Shown: positions 1-14,664, counted from the stretch's first letter. The stretch is 64,000 nucleotides of DNA from Eledone cirrhosa (GCA_964016885.1 OZ024741.1:156736001-156800000), one strand, 5' to 3'. Numbers and translations are program-made. Notes: generated by a model not told the origin, from the letters alone.

Positions 1-960
<960 letters not shown>

Positions 961-2334
961 TATATATGTGTGTGTTTGTGTATGTATGTATACATATATA
1001 TATATATACAGAGAGAGAAAGAGAGAGATTTAGATTGATTGATAGATAGATAGATAGATAGAAGGGGATTTTACCGTGCAAATTCCTAGAAGACACTCAA
1101 AGTGCCGCGGAATGTGATACAACACAGACCCACATGATAGCGAAACGAACTCCATGTCTGCTTTTTTTAGTTATTAGATTTAGTTTTTATATGTATTTAT
1201 TTATTTGTTTGTTCGTGTATTCCTCACGTTTTCTCAGATTTGTTGACGTAGACGGTAGATTGACAGTCGTTAGAATGTCGGATTAAATGCTTCTGTATTT
1301 GTTCCTGCTCTCTGCGTATCACTCTAAGTTCAAATCCCGCAATTTAAACTTTGAATATGTGTGGTGCATGTATGTGTACCTGTGTGTATATGTAAGACTG
1401 TTTGTCTGTCCGCATGTGTGTTTATACATATGCATACTATAATAAAGGCGTCCACGCAGTGTCATGTGTACGATTCTAACAGGCCATTGTACCATTAAGC
1501 GTGACACTTTATTTTATATTGTTACAGTCCACTCTACTGTGAAGAAATTAAGTTGTAACCGTAATTCATAGGATCAGCCTTGTGACACCCTGTGTCATGC
1601 AAAATGTCCCCGAGAACTAAGTTGAGAGTGTAGCTTTCTATGGAAGGTTCAGCTTTTGCACGTAAATTTTATGAGTATGCTGATCCGTTGTTTCAATCAA
1701 ATAGAACACTGATCTTCGAGCCCGACGGAGGTCGAACATACATATGCTTTGATACATATATTACAATATTCTCTGAGCCCAAATGTGTTTTTGACAACAA
1801 TATAAGAGTAAAACAAACTAATATTACTTCATCTTCAGCGGCAAGTAGAAATAATTTTGGAAAATCATTATGCGGTTATATGAATCTTGGTGGAAATCTC
1901 GCGAGATTGATGGCAAAGGCCCCAAAATTGAGAATTTTCATGGCTTCTCTTTTAGTATTTCTTGGACTTAAGAATGGATATCATCGGTATACATAAAAAT
2001 GAATAAATAAAGACATAAAGTGTTCCAAAATTATTAATAGAGATAATTGGCACGAGTGCATCTAGCCTGAGGAAGGAACACCGTGATGGGATTAGCTAAT
2101 GCAGCGAATGTTGCATGCTGCTCTCCATAGCAATGCTATCGCCATTTTATACGTGGAACGCAGCTGAGATATACCGCTTACACTGAAGTGAAGAGCCTGT
2201 GCTCTTTCGCATCCTTTCATTTATTTAAATGGTATAAATCTATTTTCATTTTTTTAATTAATGCAAATATTATATGATTTCCTTGATACTTGTTGAATAA
2301 GATTATATATATATATATATATATATGACGAAGT

Positions 2335-2446
2335 TTTAATGTAGAAAAGGCTGCTACAGGAGTAGAACTGTTTCATTCGAATGAAATCATCAGCAATATT
2401 TCATATGAATGAAACAGTCCTGTAGAACGATTTTCTACATTAAATC
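2335..2446. repeat. Small imperfect fold-back containing broken hammerhead halves
   Basis: tttaatgtagaaaa pairs with ttttctacattaaa, and actgtttcattc with gaatgaaacagt. The minus strand reads CTGATGA-tttcattcgaat-GAAA, but stem I does not form. Confidence 0.55.
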
Positions 2447-2681
2447 TACATTATCTTCACTCTCCTTGTGGATTGAGTAGCTTATTTACTGCTTCACTCG
2501 GGCTCTCTCTCTCCCTCCCCCTCTCTCTCTCTCTCCACACACACACACACATACATACATTCATATATATATATATATATATTGTAGAAATGTGAAAATT
2601 ATAAATACGAATACTATAGGTATTTTTTACAGTTATAAACTAAGAGATAATTTAATTTAAACTTACGAAAATGCGCATAAC

Positions 2682-2872
2682 AATAATTGTTTCTACTTTA
2701 GGCACAAGGCCAGCAATTACCCAGTGCATTACTGGTACTTTATTTTATCGACCCCGTAAGGATGAAATGCAAATTCAACCTCGGCGGGATTTGAACTCAG
2801 ATCGTAAAGGGACGTAACTATGCTAGAAAGCTTGGCGTCCGACCCTCTACCGATACTGCCAATCCACCGCCC
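2682..2872 (-). mobile_element. tRNA-derived SINE, family A
   Basis: Minus strand starts gggcggtggattggcagtatcggtagag (A-box-like) and has B-box gagttcaaatccc. Related copies at 32045, 44359, 44586, 49890, 51011 and 60331. Confidence 0.85.
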
Positions 2873-3392
2873 CTTTCTAATTTAAGTACAAGATCAGTAT
2901 TTTGTGGGTAAGGGTAAGTCGATTAAACCGACCTCAGTACATTATTTATATAAATGTGTGTGTGTATATGCTTATTTGTATTGTTTTCGATTCCTATGAC
3001 GGTAATAAGCAAAGTTGACTCCAGAACTGAGAAAGTAGAAACCCGGGCGAAATGCTGTAAGATATTTTGTCTGGCGCTCTAAAAATACTTCCAATCCACC
3101 ATCCTTTCAATAATGGCTTCTAAATTTGGTAAACTTGACTGGTACTTTATTTAATTGATTTTAGAGGAACGACAAATAAAACTGACCTCAGCGGGATTTG
3201 AATTAAGATTGTAAGTAAAAGACAGCATATAAATAGCGCAAGTCACTTTGTTCAATGCGCCGACAATTCTGCCATTATTAGCATGTATGTATATATATAT
3301 ATGTATATGTGTGTGTGTGTATATATATATATGCGTATATTTATTTATATATATATATTTATATATATATATATTCTACATATATATATTAA

Positions 3393-3437
<45 letters not shown>

Positions 3438-3441
<4 letters not shown>

Positions 3442-3774
3442 GTACAATAAGCAATACAATGTAATTACCTCATTACCATATGTTTCCCGAATAAGACGAG
3501 TACAAGAAACGTCCTCATTCGTTCGTCGGACAAGGCAATTTAAAACATAGTGAAATATTTGAAAAATCTCCTCAAGAAAGGCAAAGGTTTAATGGGCAAA
3601 AAAATATATAAATAAAGTAATGCAAGAGATATATAAAAATAAAATAAGGAAATATAGTTAGGGTATGTGTATAAATGTATGTATATTCACTCACAAATTA
3701 AATTTAGCTCTGGTACTTACATAGAGCACTCTCCACTCCTATAACTTTTTCAATTTTCAACGGAAACTTCAATA

Positions 3775-3776
<2 letters not shown>
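3438..3776 (-). mobile_element. Non-autonomous repeat with variant hammerhead (CCGACGA core, 3468-3535)
   Basis: Homologous to 19445-19760. Minus strand reads ccttgt CCGACGA a[hairpin]g GAAA catatgg TA atgagg. Flanked by (TA)n. Confidence 0.6.
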
Positions 3777-3852
<76 letters not shown>

Positions 3853-3880
3853 ATATATATATTCAATATATATATATATA

Positions 3881-5420
3881 TTAAAATAACAGATTATAGT
3901 TTAAGCAAAGAATCGCTGCTTACACTCTTAACGGGATCTTCTGAAACTAAAAAAGTCAATCTGCAACCCTTTAAGAAGGAATATGACGTCACTTTCAGCT
4001 TATATCTGGAGTCTAAAAGACAACCACACCCAATATAAGTTACACTGGGAGATCCTAGCTAGGGCTAGATCGTATAACGGAAATAAAAGACCATGTGACC
4101 TCTGCGCCGCTGAGGACCTGGAAATACTCTACGCCAAAGACAACATCTTAAACAAAAAATCTGAGGCAATTTCGGCTGGTAAACATAAATTGCACAAAAG
4201 ATTCCTGTATTACAGCTCCACATTATACCCTAACGGATAGTATGAACTATACGCGGATATTTTACGTCTTGATGTGGTAGCTAAGTATATGTTAGGTTTA
4301 CACCATTACTTATTTGTATAGGTAAGTATATATTACCTGTATGTTTTGTGAAGGTACGTATACTTTCTCGTACGTATATTTGCTTGTATATGTTATGGCG
4401 CATATATTATATATGCTGGTACATGTGCATTTGGTTATGTGTATACGCGAGTTTTGCGTCTGTGTGAGTATGCGGGTTCGTACGTATGTAGGGTGTGTGT
4501 ATATGTGTACTTTGTGTTTTGGTTGACGTTCGTCTGCGAACATATGTGTATTTACATGTAGGTATGTGTGTGCGCGCGTTATATACGTATTTATTTATTT
4601 ATATACGTTTATTTAATTATATTTATCCACGCGCACACGCACGCACATATATATATATTTTTTTAAATATATATTTGTATATATATTTTTTTGTGAATTT
4701 GGTGTATACGTTCCTATGTGCGCGGGTATAGGCGTTGCGTGGGGTCTGCATGTGCGTGCGGTTTTTTTTATGTACGTGCTTGTATTTATATACCTATGGC
4801 GAGTTTTTTAGCGTATGCTTGTGTATGTACGTATATGGATGCGTGTATGTATTTATTTAATTTCAATTACCTCTGTATTTTATTTACTTTATTTACTCTG
4901 AAGCCGAGAATCATTCGGTTTCCTAGTTAGAATTTTAATCTACGACTTCAGTTGCGTGCAATTGTTCTCAATGCTCCATATAATGACGTATTATCTTCGT
5001 TTTTTCCGTTCATTGCCAGAGAACGTCTCCATGAACCACCTAATAGAATATTAGTCTACGATTTCGTTTATACCATAAACGTGGTTTTGTCGTTGCGCGT
5101 AATTGCTTTCACCGCTCCAAATAATGACGTATTATCTTCGTTTTTTTCCCGTTCTTTGACAGGGAACGTTTCCACGAACCAAAGTATCGTCTTCCTGTCT
5201 TCCTCCGGTTGCAACATTTTTTGAAATATTTACTTCTGCGTTCACAGATTGATTTTTTAGTTTCAGAAGATCCCGTTAAGGGTGAAAGCAGCGATTCTTT
5301 GCTTAAACTTTAATCTGTTATTTTAATAAATATTTGCTCTACGGTTCTCTTATATATTTGATATATATTTATCCTTATCGAGCCCTCTTCGGATGTTAGT
5401 CTTCAAATTTATTATTATTA
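3881..5420 (+). mobile_element. 5'-truncated PLE: inverted terminal fragment, GIY-YIG C-terminus, 3' UTR/pLTR
   Basis: ORF 3983-4240 (TSLSAYIWSLKD...W...CDLC...LNKKSE...H) matches the C-terminus of the 16499-18247 protein. 3881-3964 is an inverted copy of about 5245-5326. Continuity across 4250-4870 is inferred. Confidence 0.65.
5259..5309 (+). ncRNA. Hammerhead-like motif with CAGAAGA core
   Basis: agttt CAGAAGA tccc-gttaa-gggt GAAA gca-gcgattctt-tgc TT aaact; all three stems pair. Copies at 35737-35787(+), 53647-53697(+), 24592-24642(-) and 3898-3948(-, decayed). Confidence 0.6.
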
Positions 5421-5482
<62 letters not shown>

Positions 5483-5572
5483 TATACTTGTTATTACTCT
5501 TTAAGTCTCAGTCATTGATGTTAGTTAACTGGAAAGTTTGTTGAAATGAATATCAAGCCACTACCTGCAGCC

Positions 5573-6184
5573 TCAGATATTCAGGACGTATCGGAGGGTT
5601 CTTGCTGTTCCCAGCAAGCATGCCTTTTGAAGCGTTCCAAAAAGCGTGAAGGGGCCAATTTTCTTTAACCATCCCTGGAAACTTTTGGAGATAGTCCCTA
5701 GTGCGCCAATGACAATCGGGATCACTTTGACTTCATGGCAGTTCCAAATCCTTTTTACCTCCCACTTTAAGTCCTGGTATCGGTTAATTTTCTCCCTCTC
5801 CTTCTCTTGCACTCTCGTGTCGAATGGACAGGCCACATCCAGAATCAGGCACGATCTTTTTTCTTTGTCCAAAACCACCAGGTCAGGTCTATTGTGTTCC
5901 AGTTTCTTGTCCGTCTGTATCCTAAAATCCGACAGCACCTTCACCTGATCATTTTCTATCACCGCCTCTGGCTTATGCTCATACCACTTCTCAGAATGTG
6001 GTAAATTGTTTACTTTGCATAGGTGCCAGTGGATCACCCTGCCCATCACATCATGTCTCCAGCCCTTATAGTGAGTCTGGGCTAGGTGTTCACACTCGGA
6101 TACAATGTGAGCCACAGTCTCCTCTCTCTCTCCACAGATCCTGCACAGTGGGCTAGCCTCCACCTCGTAAATGTGGTGTTTCAA
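5573..6184 (-). pseudogene. Zinc knuckle plus RLE endonuclease domain of the R4/Dong-like LINE
   Basis: CRICGEREETVAHIVSEC, WRHD, NRPDLVVLD..ILDVACP, EKINRY; separated from the RT frame by an in-frame stop. Confidence 0.88.
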
Positions 6185-6205
6185 CCACTTCGTTTTGAGG
6201 GCCTG

Positions 6206-7594
6206 CTACTGCGCAGCCATTAACATTCCTTCTGTAGCCTTTTTAAGGTCTCCTCTTTTCAACCAGTTCCATGTCTGTGGATCTCTAAATTCAGTTTTCT
6301 CAAAGAAGGTACTATAAAGGGATTTTTCCTGAAGGCTGCTCTTTCTCCTTGATGTTATTTCCTCCTTGGACATCCCCTGGCCTATTGTCCCCTCCTTCAG
6401 TACAGTTCTGAGCATTGGCTCCTTACTATCAGTCACGTATGTGTGTAGGTTGTTTTTCTCCATCTGAACACAGTCCACTATGCTGATAAGACCTCTTCCA
6501 CCCTCAGATCTCCTTAAGTAGAGTCTATCGACATCACTCCTCTTGTGGAACATATTGTAGATAGTCAATAGCTTCCTAGTCTTCCTATCCATTTCTTTTT
6601 GTTCAGCAACATTCCATCTCAGAATTCCCGCACTGTACCTAATAATAGACACAGCTCGGGAATTTACTGCACTTATGGCATTCCTACTGTTCAGATGTGA
6701 CTTTAATACGCTCCTTACTCTCCGAAGGTATTCAGTTCTTATCAATTCCTTCATTTTTTTGTTCTTGATGTCATCAGCCTCCAGAACGTCCAAATACTTG
6801 TATCCTTCCTCAGAGTCAATTTCTTTTATCATCTCACCTGTTGGTATCTGGATTCCGTTATTTCTGCTCAACTTACCCCTCCTCATCACAATGACTCCAC
6901 ACTTACTAATACCAAATTGCATACATATATCATTGCTGAAAATACGGACAGTGTCAACAAGCACATCCAACTCCCTCTCACTCTTCCCGAAGAGCTTAAG
7001 ATCGTCCATGAAGAGGAGGTGATTGATGGTAAGCCCTCCCTTTCCCAACCTGTATCCTGCTCTCACTTTTCGCAGTACACTGGTCAGGGGCATCAGGGCA
7101 AGGACAAACAACAGAGGGGACAGACTATCTCCCTGGAAGATACCTCTCTTGATCTTCACGCTTCCCAAGGATTCTCCAGTTGATGTTAACTCTGTTTCCC
7201 AGGACTTCATACTTTTGCCCAACAACTGTCTGATGTTATCTGCCACCTTGAAGATCTCCAGGCTTTTGGTGATCCAAGAATGAGGCACCATGTCAAATGC
7301 CTTTTTGTAGTCTATCCATCCCATGGCAAGACCAGTGTGTCTCCTCTTGCAATTCCTCATTACCATCTTATCAATAAGTAACTGGTCTTTTGTACCACGT
7401 GACTTCTTTCGGCATCCTTTCTGTTCGTCCGGTAACAAGTTGTTTGTGTGGAGGTGATAGTAGATTTCCTCAGACATAATGCTTGTCAACAGTTTCCACA
7501 TTACACACAGACATGTGATAGGTCTATAGTTGGTAACATCATACCCTTGATTCGGTCTTTCATTATCAGAACTGTGGTACCTTTTGTCAACCAC
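6206..7594 (-). pseudogene. Reverse transcriptase domain of the R4/Dong-like LINE
   Basis: YRPITCL, QKGCR, DYKKAFD, QGDSLSP, FMDD, YKYL motifs. Confidence 0.9.
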
Positions 7595-9007
7595 TCTGGT
7601 ACCTCACCTGACATCAAGCAGTCATTGAACATGGTTGTCAGTTTAGGGTGGAGGGATGTTATGTTTTTAATCCAATACTCCTGCACACCACCTCGGCCAG
7701 GTGATTTTCAGTTGGTTAGTTTTTTGGCCTGCCCCTTAAGAGTTTCAACTGTGATACTCAAAACAGTTTGTTGGCGTGCCTGTTCACTGATCTCCTTCTG
7801 TACTATCTCAATCCACACTGCCTGGTCATTATGTTTAACATCCTGCTCCCATATTCCTCTCCAGAATGTTTTAGTTTGTTCCGCCTCAGGGATCAAGTCG
7901 TTGCCTCTTTCTTTCCCTTAAAACTGTCCAAACAGCATCTTCTGGTTGTTGTCGAACATGCGGTTCTGTCTATACTGGCTGACTCTGTTCTCGTATCGCC
8001 TGATTTTTGCACTCTTTGCTACAATGCGTTGCTTCAGTTCCTCTATGATAATATTTAGCTTTTTCCTCCTAGTTTTGTACTTTATTTCCAGTCTATTTTT
8101 AGTGTCTATGTTTTTTATTGTCCCATTCAGTAGGGACTCAAGCTTTCCAATGTCATTTCTCATTTCCCTGATTTGACCACTCAGTCGTTTCTTCCACCAA
8201 GGCTCTGCTCTTTCTTGTCTGTTGTTTCCTCTCGCTTTTATACCAAGTAGTTTCCTCACCGTATTTGCTGTTGCTTTGAGGATATTGTTGCACTGGTGAA
8301 GGCTACTCGCCTCAAGGTATGGGATGACTTTGTTTACCTTAGCTGTTGTTTCTTTTAACTTTTTCCTGTCTACAAATCTTAGATTCATAGGTCTCCCACT
8401 ATCATTGTTCAATTCATCTACCACTAAGTTTAGGATATCTACCAAATCTTGTCCTAGCCCGTCAACATTCATCTCCTCAGTGGCCGTATCTCTGTTCCAG
8501 GTATTATTTATCTCAGCATTCAGATCATTGTCTGTTTCGGGTGGTTCCTCCGTTCTCTCGACCTCTTCACCTTCATTTACCACTGGCTCGTTTGCCTGGC
8601 ATACTCCACCCTCCATCTCCAAGCTAATCTCTCTGCCCAGTTCCTCCAGTTCCAGCTCGCTTATCCACCCATTTGTTCTTATTACCCGAGCCTGCCCGGC
8701 CAGTTTTTGTTCATCTAATTTAAATGGACCAATCTCGTTCCAGATGTTATGCATCCTTTTCCTATAGCCTTTCTCCTTGGGGTTACTCTTCAGGTAACAT
8801 TGCATAACAGTTATATTCAATTCTTTCGTCCAGTTGGTTCTGGTCCCTTTCCTTCTTCTTCTTCCTCCAACACCAGCAGTATTTGGTTGACAGCCAGGTC
8901 CCTGCTGCTGAGCCAGGGAACACCTGTTGGGTGAGAGTCTGTCACATGACATTCTAGTCTCCATTTCACCGTTATTCGAACTGTTTAGGTTCGACATTTA
9001 AACACTC

Positions 9008-9008
<1 letters not shown>

Positions 9009-9052
<44 letters not shown>
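9009..9052. repeat. (TTA)n microsatellite between two divergent LINE 5' ends
   Basis: Direct trinucleotide run. Confidence 0.95.
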
Positions 9053-9053
<1 letters not shown>

Positions 9054-9278
9054 GGCCGCACATGTGTGAAGACAGACAAGTTTGCGGGGGAAAAGGTTCG
9101 TAACTTTAAGCTGTTTTAAAGTATCATTTTTTTATATTTTCTTCTCGTTAACGAAACTTAAGGTACACATCTTGATTTAAAGAGAGGGATACCTCTCAAT
9201 ATTCGGGCTTTAAGCCCGAATATTCAGATTTATTTTTAAAAACTTCGAAAAAAATCGCTTCCCCACCAAAAGAAAATT

Positions 9279-11235
9279 ATGGAAATTTTCGACCTTGAAA
9301 CGGTAAACAACGTTCAGGTCAAAAGTTTAAAGGCAGCCACTGCAGATTTCACTACGACTACGACGGCTACAGTCATGCCTGTCATCCACTCTACTGAATG
9401 TGAAGGCAAAACTCAAAAGCTACCATCACAACCTTCTGCCATAGCAGCAGTATCATCTGAAAACGACATCACCACCACCGCCACCACCACCACAACAACA
9501 ACTCAGAGCAATAACAACAATAACACCGACAGCTTCAATGTAAACAAGGATGGCGGTGGCAACAGCAAGAATGACAACAACAACAATAAGAGCATCAGAA
9601 ACACCACATTTGCGGCAGCAGCAGCAAAAACAAAGCGCTTATTGAATATTGATATTGATATTAGCGATAAAGACGAACAGTTGGCCAAAGCGTGGAGGCT
9701 AATTAAACGGGAGAAGTCCTGGGCAAACCTGACCATCCGGACGAGGCAATAGCGGCCATGCAAAGGAGGACGGTGCTCTTTCGATGTATTTCGGTGCAGA
9801 CACGAAAAGTGGAACTTTGAGCCAAGCAGAGGTAGAGGCTGCTTTGGAGTACATCGGAAGTAACATAGAGTACAAAGCAAGAGGCAAACAGTTCGGTACC
9901 ATCCCGGTACTGTTCAAAACCGAGGCCCTCGCTATTAAGCACTCGGTGACCCCCTGCAGAACGGAACGCATTATCATGCATCCGTCCTATATGGGTAAAA
10001 GGACAGTGAAGGTACGCATTCCCAGCATCCCACCAGGAATTAACATATGGTGGCTGCTGGGATGCGTAATCGAGGAGGGGACAGACACTGCCCTCCTAGA
10101 CATTAAAAGGACAGAGAGAGAGGACTGGTCCGGAATGGATTTGGAGATTCTTCTCCAAATGAAACCGGAGGATATAAATAACATCCCGGATTTTGCCCGT
10201 CTGCAGGATGGAACAACAATCCAACTAATGATTGATGGAAGAAGGCCACGCTGCTTCGTCTGCAGGGAAGCAACGCATCTTCAAGCCTTCTGCCCTCAGC
10301 GCAAAAATGCAGGGGGTCGCAAACCTCCTTTGTTGCCAACGCCAGTGTCAGCACGGAAAGCTGCACCACCACCACCACCACCAAAAACAACATCAACAAA
10401 AACACGGACACCGACCTCAAAAGCAGCCGGATCACCACCAACACCAAAACCAAAACCAATCCAAGGAGAAAACGAGGAAAGCTCTCCCACTCCCCCCCCC
10501 CAATTATACACATAGACAAAACAATAAACGCACACACAGACACAGAGACACTCACAGACACAGCCCCTTTGTCTTCCAGCAGCGAAGATGAAGGAAAACC
10601 CAAAAGTGCAAAAAAACAGAAAACTCACAAAAAAAAAAGCCCCAAAAAAACATGAAAACACACACAACAAAAAATACAGACACCACTAACGCAAACACTT
10701 CCCCAATAACATCATCACCAACAGCTACATCGACACCACCTCCACAATCCCCGAAACGCAAACAACCTAAACAAACACAAGTACAAATAAACACACAAAT
10801 ACCTGAAATTGCAGACACCACACCTACAACAAACATAGACATACCCGAAACAACACCACCAAAACCATCGCCACCACCTTCACCAAAACGAAAACAAATA
10901 AAACCACACCAACAAAGTGTTAAAAACTTCGTGCTTGTCAGAAGGGCAAACTGATGGCCCTCTTAGCGCGAAGCGAGGACATTCAAACAGAGGGGGAGAT
11001 TTTTGAAATCAGCACATTTTGCGTGCCAGAAGATTTGCTTCTGGTCCGAATGTCACTCAATTCCTTTAAAGAAATTCGAGAGAACTTTCCTCAAGACGTG
11101 GGAACCCCGAATGTGAAACCCACATCAAGACTTTTAAAGGGGTTCCCAAAAGAAACCCCACCAACCATGGAGGTCGAACCAGCCGACCTTCACAAGACCC
11201 GGGAGGTAAGTAAACCTTCCTTCTCTCTCTCTTAG
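9279..11235 (+). pseudogene. LINE ORF1 (gag-like) fragments
   Basis: GRRPRCFVCREATHLQAFCP zinc knuckle in 9784-10515; Pro/Thr-rich tail; frameshifts; ends 9 nt before the ORF2 ATG. Confidence 0.75.
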
Positions 11236-11244
11236 CTTACCAAT

Positions 11245-14200
11245 ATGGCCATATTAAGAGTAGGAAGTTTAAATGTTCGCGACCTGGGGTCACCCTGGAA
11301 GCAGGGTCGCCTGCTCAAAGACCTCCGGTCGCTGGAAAAGGATGTGATTGCCGTAAGCGAGACCAGAATTTCCGGCACGCGCGCACTAGCCCCCATTTTC
11401 GACGACTATCAGATCTTCGCATCTGTTAGCAGGCCGGGAATGGTGCGTGGGGTGGCAGTGCTGTTTAGGAAAGGACTCGATCTCGAGGTAAGGTCGATCT
11501 TCCGGGACCCGGACGGTAAGTTGGTGGTCTTGGATGTGAGCAGTAGCGAAGGTGGTGCCTTTAGACTGCTGGCCGTCTACGCCGCTACAGGGGCCAGACG
11601 ACCTGACTTCTTTAGGCGGCTAGAGACCTTTATGGGTACGTCTCGCCCTTTACTGTTAGCGGGGGACTGGAATGGCATCTTAGACGCACGCTGGGATTGT
11701 GTGGGAGTAGCCGATAGGAGCGGGGGGTGCAAAAGCCTCAAGCACCTACTCAGCCAGTTCCAACTGTCTGACAGGTATCGACTAGATTTCCCCAATGTGC
11801 CAGTATGGACATGGACCTACCGAATGGGGTCATCTAGATTGTATATAGACAGGATCTTCATTAGGAAAATAGATAGAAATAGTGTGGGCTGTCCACTTTT
11901 TAAAACGGTCGTCTATTCAGATCACAAATTTGTGATCTGTACGGTCGACCTAAATAAAACGCGTAGGTTAGGACTGGGTTACTGGAAGCTGAACATGTCA
12001 TTTCCGGCACATATGGCTTACAGGGACCGAGTCAACAATTTAGTTAAGCAAAAGTTGACAGAGGGGATCATCAACAACAGATGGTGGGGGGCTCTCAAAA
12101 GAGAGATTAGAGTAACTTCGATAGAGTTCAGCAAAGAACTAGCGTTAGAGAAAAATAGAAAGGAGGGGGAGCTGGTAGATAAGTTAGACGAGGCTATTTG
12201 TAGTGGCATCGCAACTGACGTGCTAGTGGCGAGAATGGCATTAGACCATTTCTTCAATGCCAAACACGAAGGTTGCATTGTCAGAGCTAAGGCGCGTGCG
12301 CTGAGAAACGAGGGAACTAAAACTGTTCGATGGGCCCGCGTGGTGTAGGCGCAGCGTGGTAATAAAACCACAATTCGGTCTTTGGCGGATCGAGACGGAC
12401 ACGAGATAAGCGATTCCAAGCGGATGTGTGAGGCCTTTCGCCAGCACTTTGCTCGGTTGTTCAGGGAGAGTGGCGAGTCAGAGAGAGTAGCGGATTTCAG
12501 TCCCTACCTTGAGGGCTTGCCGCGCATCTTGACGGTCGACGCTGAGCGCTGCGAAAGGCCGATTACTTCAGCCGAAATTCAGGATGCCCTTGTCGGCTGC
12601 ATGAGGCGCAAGTCACCCGGTTTGGATGGCCTGCCCTACGAGCTTTACGTAAATATGCCAGACTTGTTCTCCGAACTCCTCGAAACACTCTACTGCAACT
12701 GGCAGCAGAATGGGAGTATTCCCAGTTATGTGAGCAGGGGAGTGGTGACGCTGATAAGGAAAGACGAGAACAAGAGGGATACATTAGACAACTTCAGGCC
12801 CATAACTCTGCTCAACACAGAGTTTAAGATTTTGGCCAAGGTTTTAGCAAAGAGATTGGCGCTTGTCGTCGAGGATTTAGTTGGGGATGCGAAAACTTGC
12901 GCAATCCCAGCCAGGTCCATACAAGACAATCCCCACCTCATGCGATACATCATAGAGAGGGTAAGGTGTAAACCTGGCTCCGGTGGAGCACTGATCAATT
13001 TAGATCAATCGAAAGCATTCGATAGGGTCGACCATCGGTATCTGGAGTTTGTCCTCAAAGCAGCTGGCTTCGGCCCTGTTTTTAGAAACTGGATCGTTGC
13101 AATGTACAGCGGCACACGCTCGGTGGTCAAGGTTAATGGCCACCTCTCGGAACCATTTCGGCTCTCCCGATCAGTCCGTCAAGGGTGCCCTCTCTTCCCT
13201 TCTGTACGTATTGACTCTCGAGCCATTACTGTGGAAGCTGGAGCTGTTGCAGGGCATCCCGCTCGAACCGGGACGTGGAAAGGCGGTGTCGGCTTATGCG
13301 GACGACATCACGGTGATGGTGTCGAACACCTCAATAATCGAGGTGGTCGGCACCTTATTGAAGGAATATGAAATGTTGAGAGGAGCCAACCTTAACCCGG
13401 AAAAGTCGGTGGGCTTGCAGCTCGGAACCTGGAGAGGCAGGCCCATGCCGTCCAACAGCGTCGTGGGGCGCTGGACGGAAGGACCGGTAAAGTTGCTTGG
13501 GGTTTGGTTCGGACCAGACCTCCAGGTGGAAAAGAATTGGGACGAGGTAACGAGCAGAGTAGCCAGTCTCACCCAAAAATGGGCTGGGAGGAAGCTATCA
13601 CTGAAATGTCGCGCGGAGGTGGCGAATGCGTACATCGCGTCAGTCATTTACTACTGCCTAACCGTCGTGCCTTGCCCCAGTCCGCGCCTCGTCAAGTTGG
13701 AACGGATCCTCTTCAAATTCTTGTGGAGGGGACAAGTTCCGTTGGTGAGGCGGTCCATCTACTGCCAGCACCCTCTACGCGGAGGGCTGGGCATGCCGTG
13801 GCTAATGATGCGCAGACAAGCGTTGAGGCTGCGACATCTCCAGATATTCCGCCTCAATAGTGAACAGGTGTGGTCGCCTTTTATCAGACGGGCCTTTCCG
13901 CAGCTCATTGCTTTGACTGAGCTGCAATCCTGGGTCAAGAAGAGACCGAGACTGGGTGACTGGCACCTGGAATGTTGCCAGGCACTCACTGCCCTCTACC
14001 AAGCGGGCAATGCGATCAGTAGAACTTCCACTCTCGAGTTCTATAGAGGATTAGTGGTGGGCAAGTGCGATGACGCACTCGGAGAAGCTTTGGGCCTCGA
14101 CGAAGTCGAACTGACCAGTCTGTACCGGAGGACTTTTGAGCCGGGGACCATGGACAATTTCCAGAAATCCCTCGCTTGGCAGTGCTACCGGGGGCACTGC

Positions 14201-14664
14201 CGGTTTGGGATAAACTCTACAGGCACGGAAGTGCTGTCAGACGGACCTGCCCAAGATGCGCACAGAACGACGAAACCGTTCTGCACGCACTTGTCGAATG
14301 TCCGTGCATTACTGACTTGTGGAGTTATGTCGAACAGCTACTGTCGCGTCTGGAACGAATCCGGCTATCGGCCGAGTCCATAGAGAAGATCGAGCCGCCA
14401 CCTTCCTTAGGTCAGGAAGAGCAGGAAATTTTCCTCTGTCTGGTGGCAGTTGCGAAAGAGATTATATGGTGGACCAGGTTGAAAGGACTAAAGACAGACA
14501 CTTTTCTTTTCGGCCAATCCCTCATCAACTTCTTCAAGTTTCACCTGGAACGGAGGGTGAGGGTGGAGAGAGAAGTGCTGCCCCCCAGTACATTTGCTAA
14601 AAGGTGGGTGAATGTGGCGAGAATGGCTCGTGTGAATGGGCCTACTCTGACCATGCGCCTATAG
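11245..14664 (+). pseudogene. LINE ORF2: APE endonuclease, RT, Zn finger
   Basis: SLNVR, SET, GDWN, YIDRIF, SDH (APE); KSPGLDGLP, FRPITLLN, DQSKAFD, RQGCPL, AYADD (RT); CPRC..ETVLHALVEC. In-frame stop at 12346-12348 and frameshifts near 13195 and 14190. Confidence 0.9.

Larger units (their letters stand above)
5490..9008 (-). mobile_element. R4/Dong-like non-LTR retrotransposon (RT plus restriction-like endonuclease), disrupted
   Basis: Single ORF broken into 7918-8997, 7708-7896, 7501-7686, 6206-7594 and 5573-6184. RT motifs [34 protein letters not shown]-terminal CRIC..ETVAHIVSEC knuckle, RHD, and NRPDLV..D..K RLE motif. Abuts (TAA)n, the known Dong target. Confidence 0.9.

Noticed and set aside
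1640-1996. 118-aa ORF as a host exon
   Set aside because: No recognisable motif or exon context.
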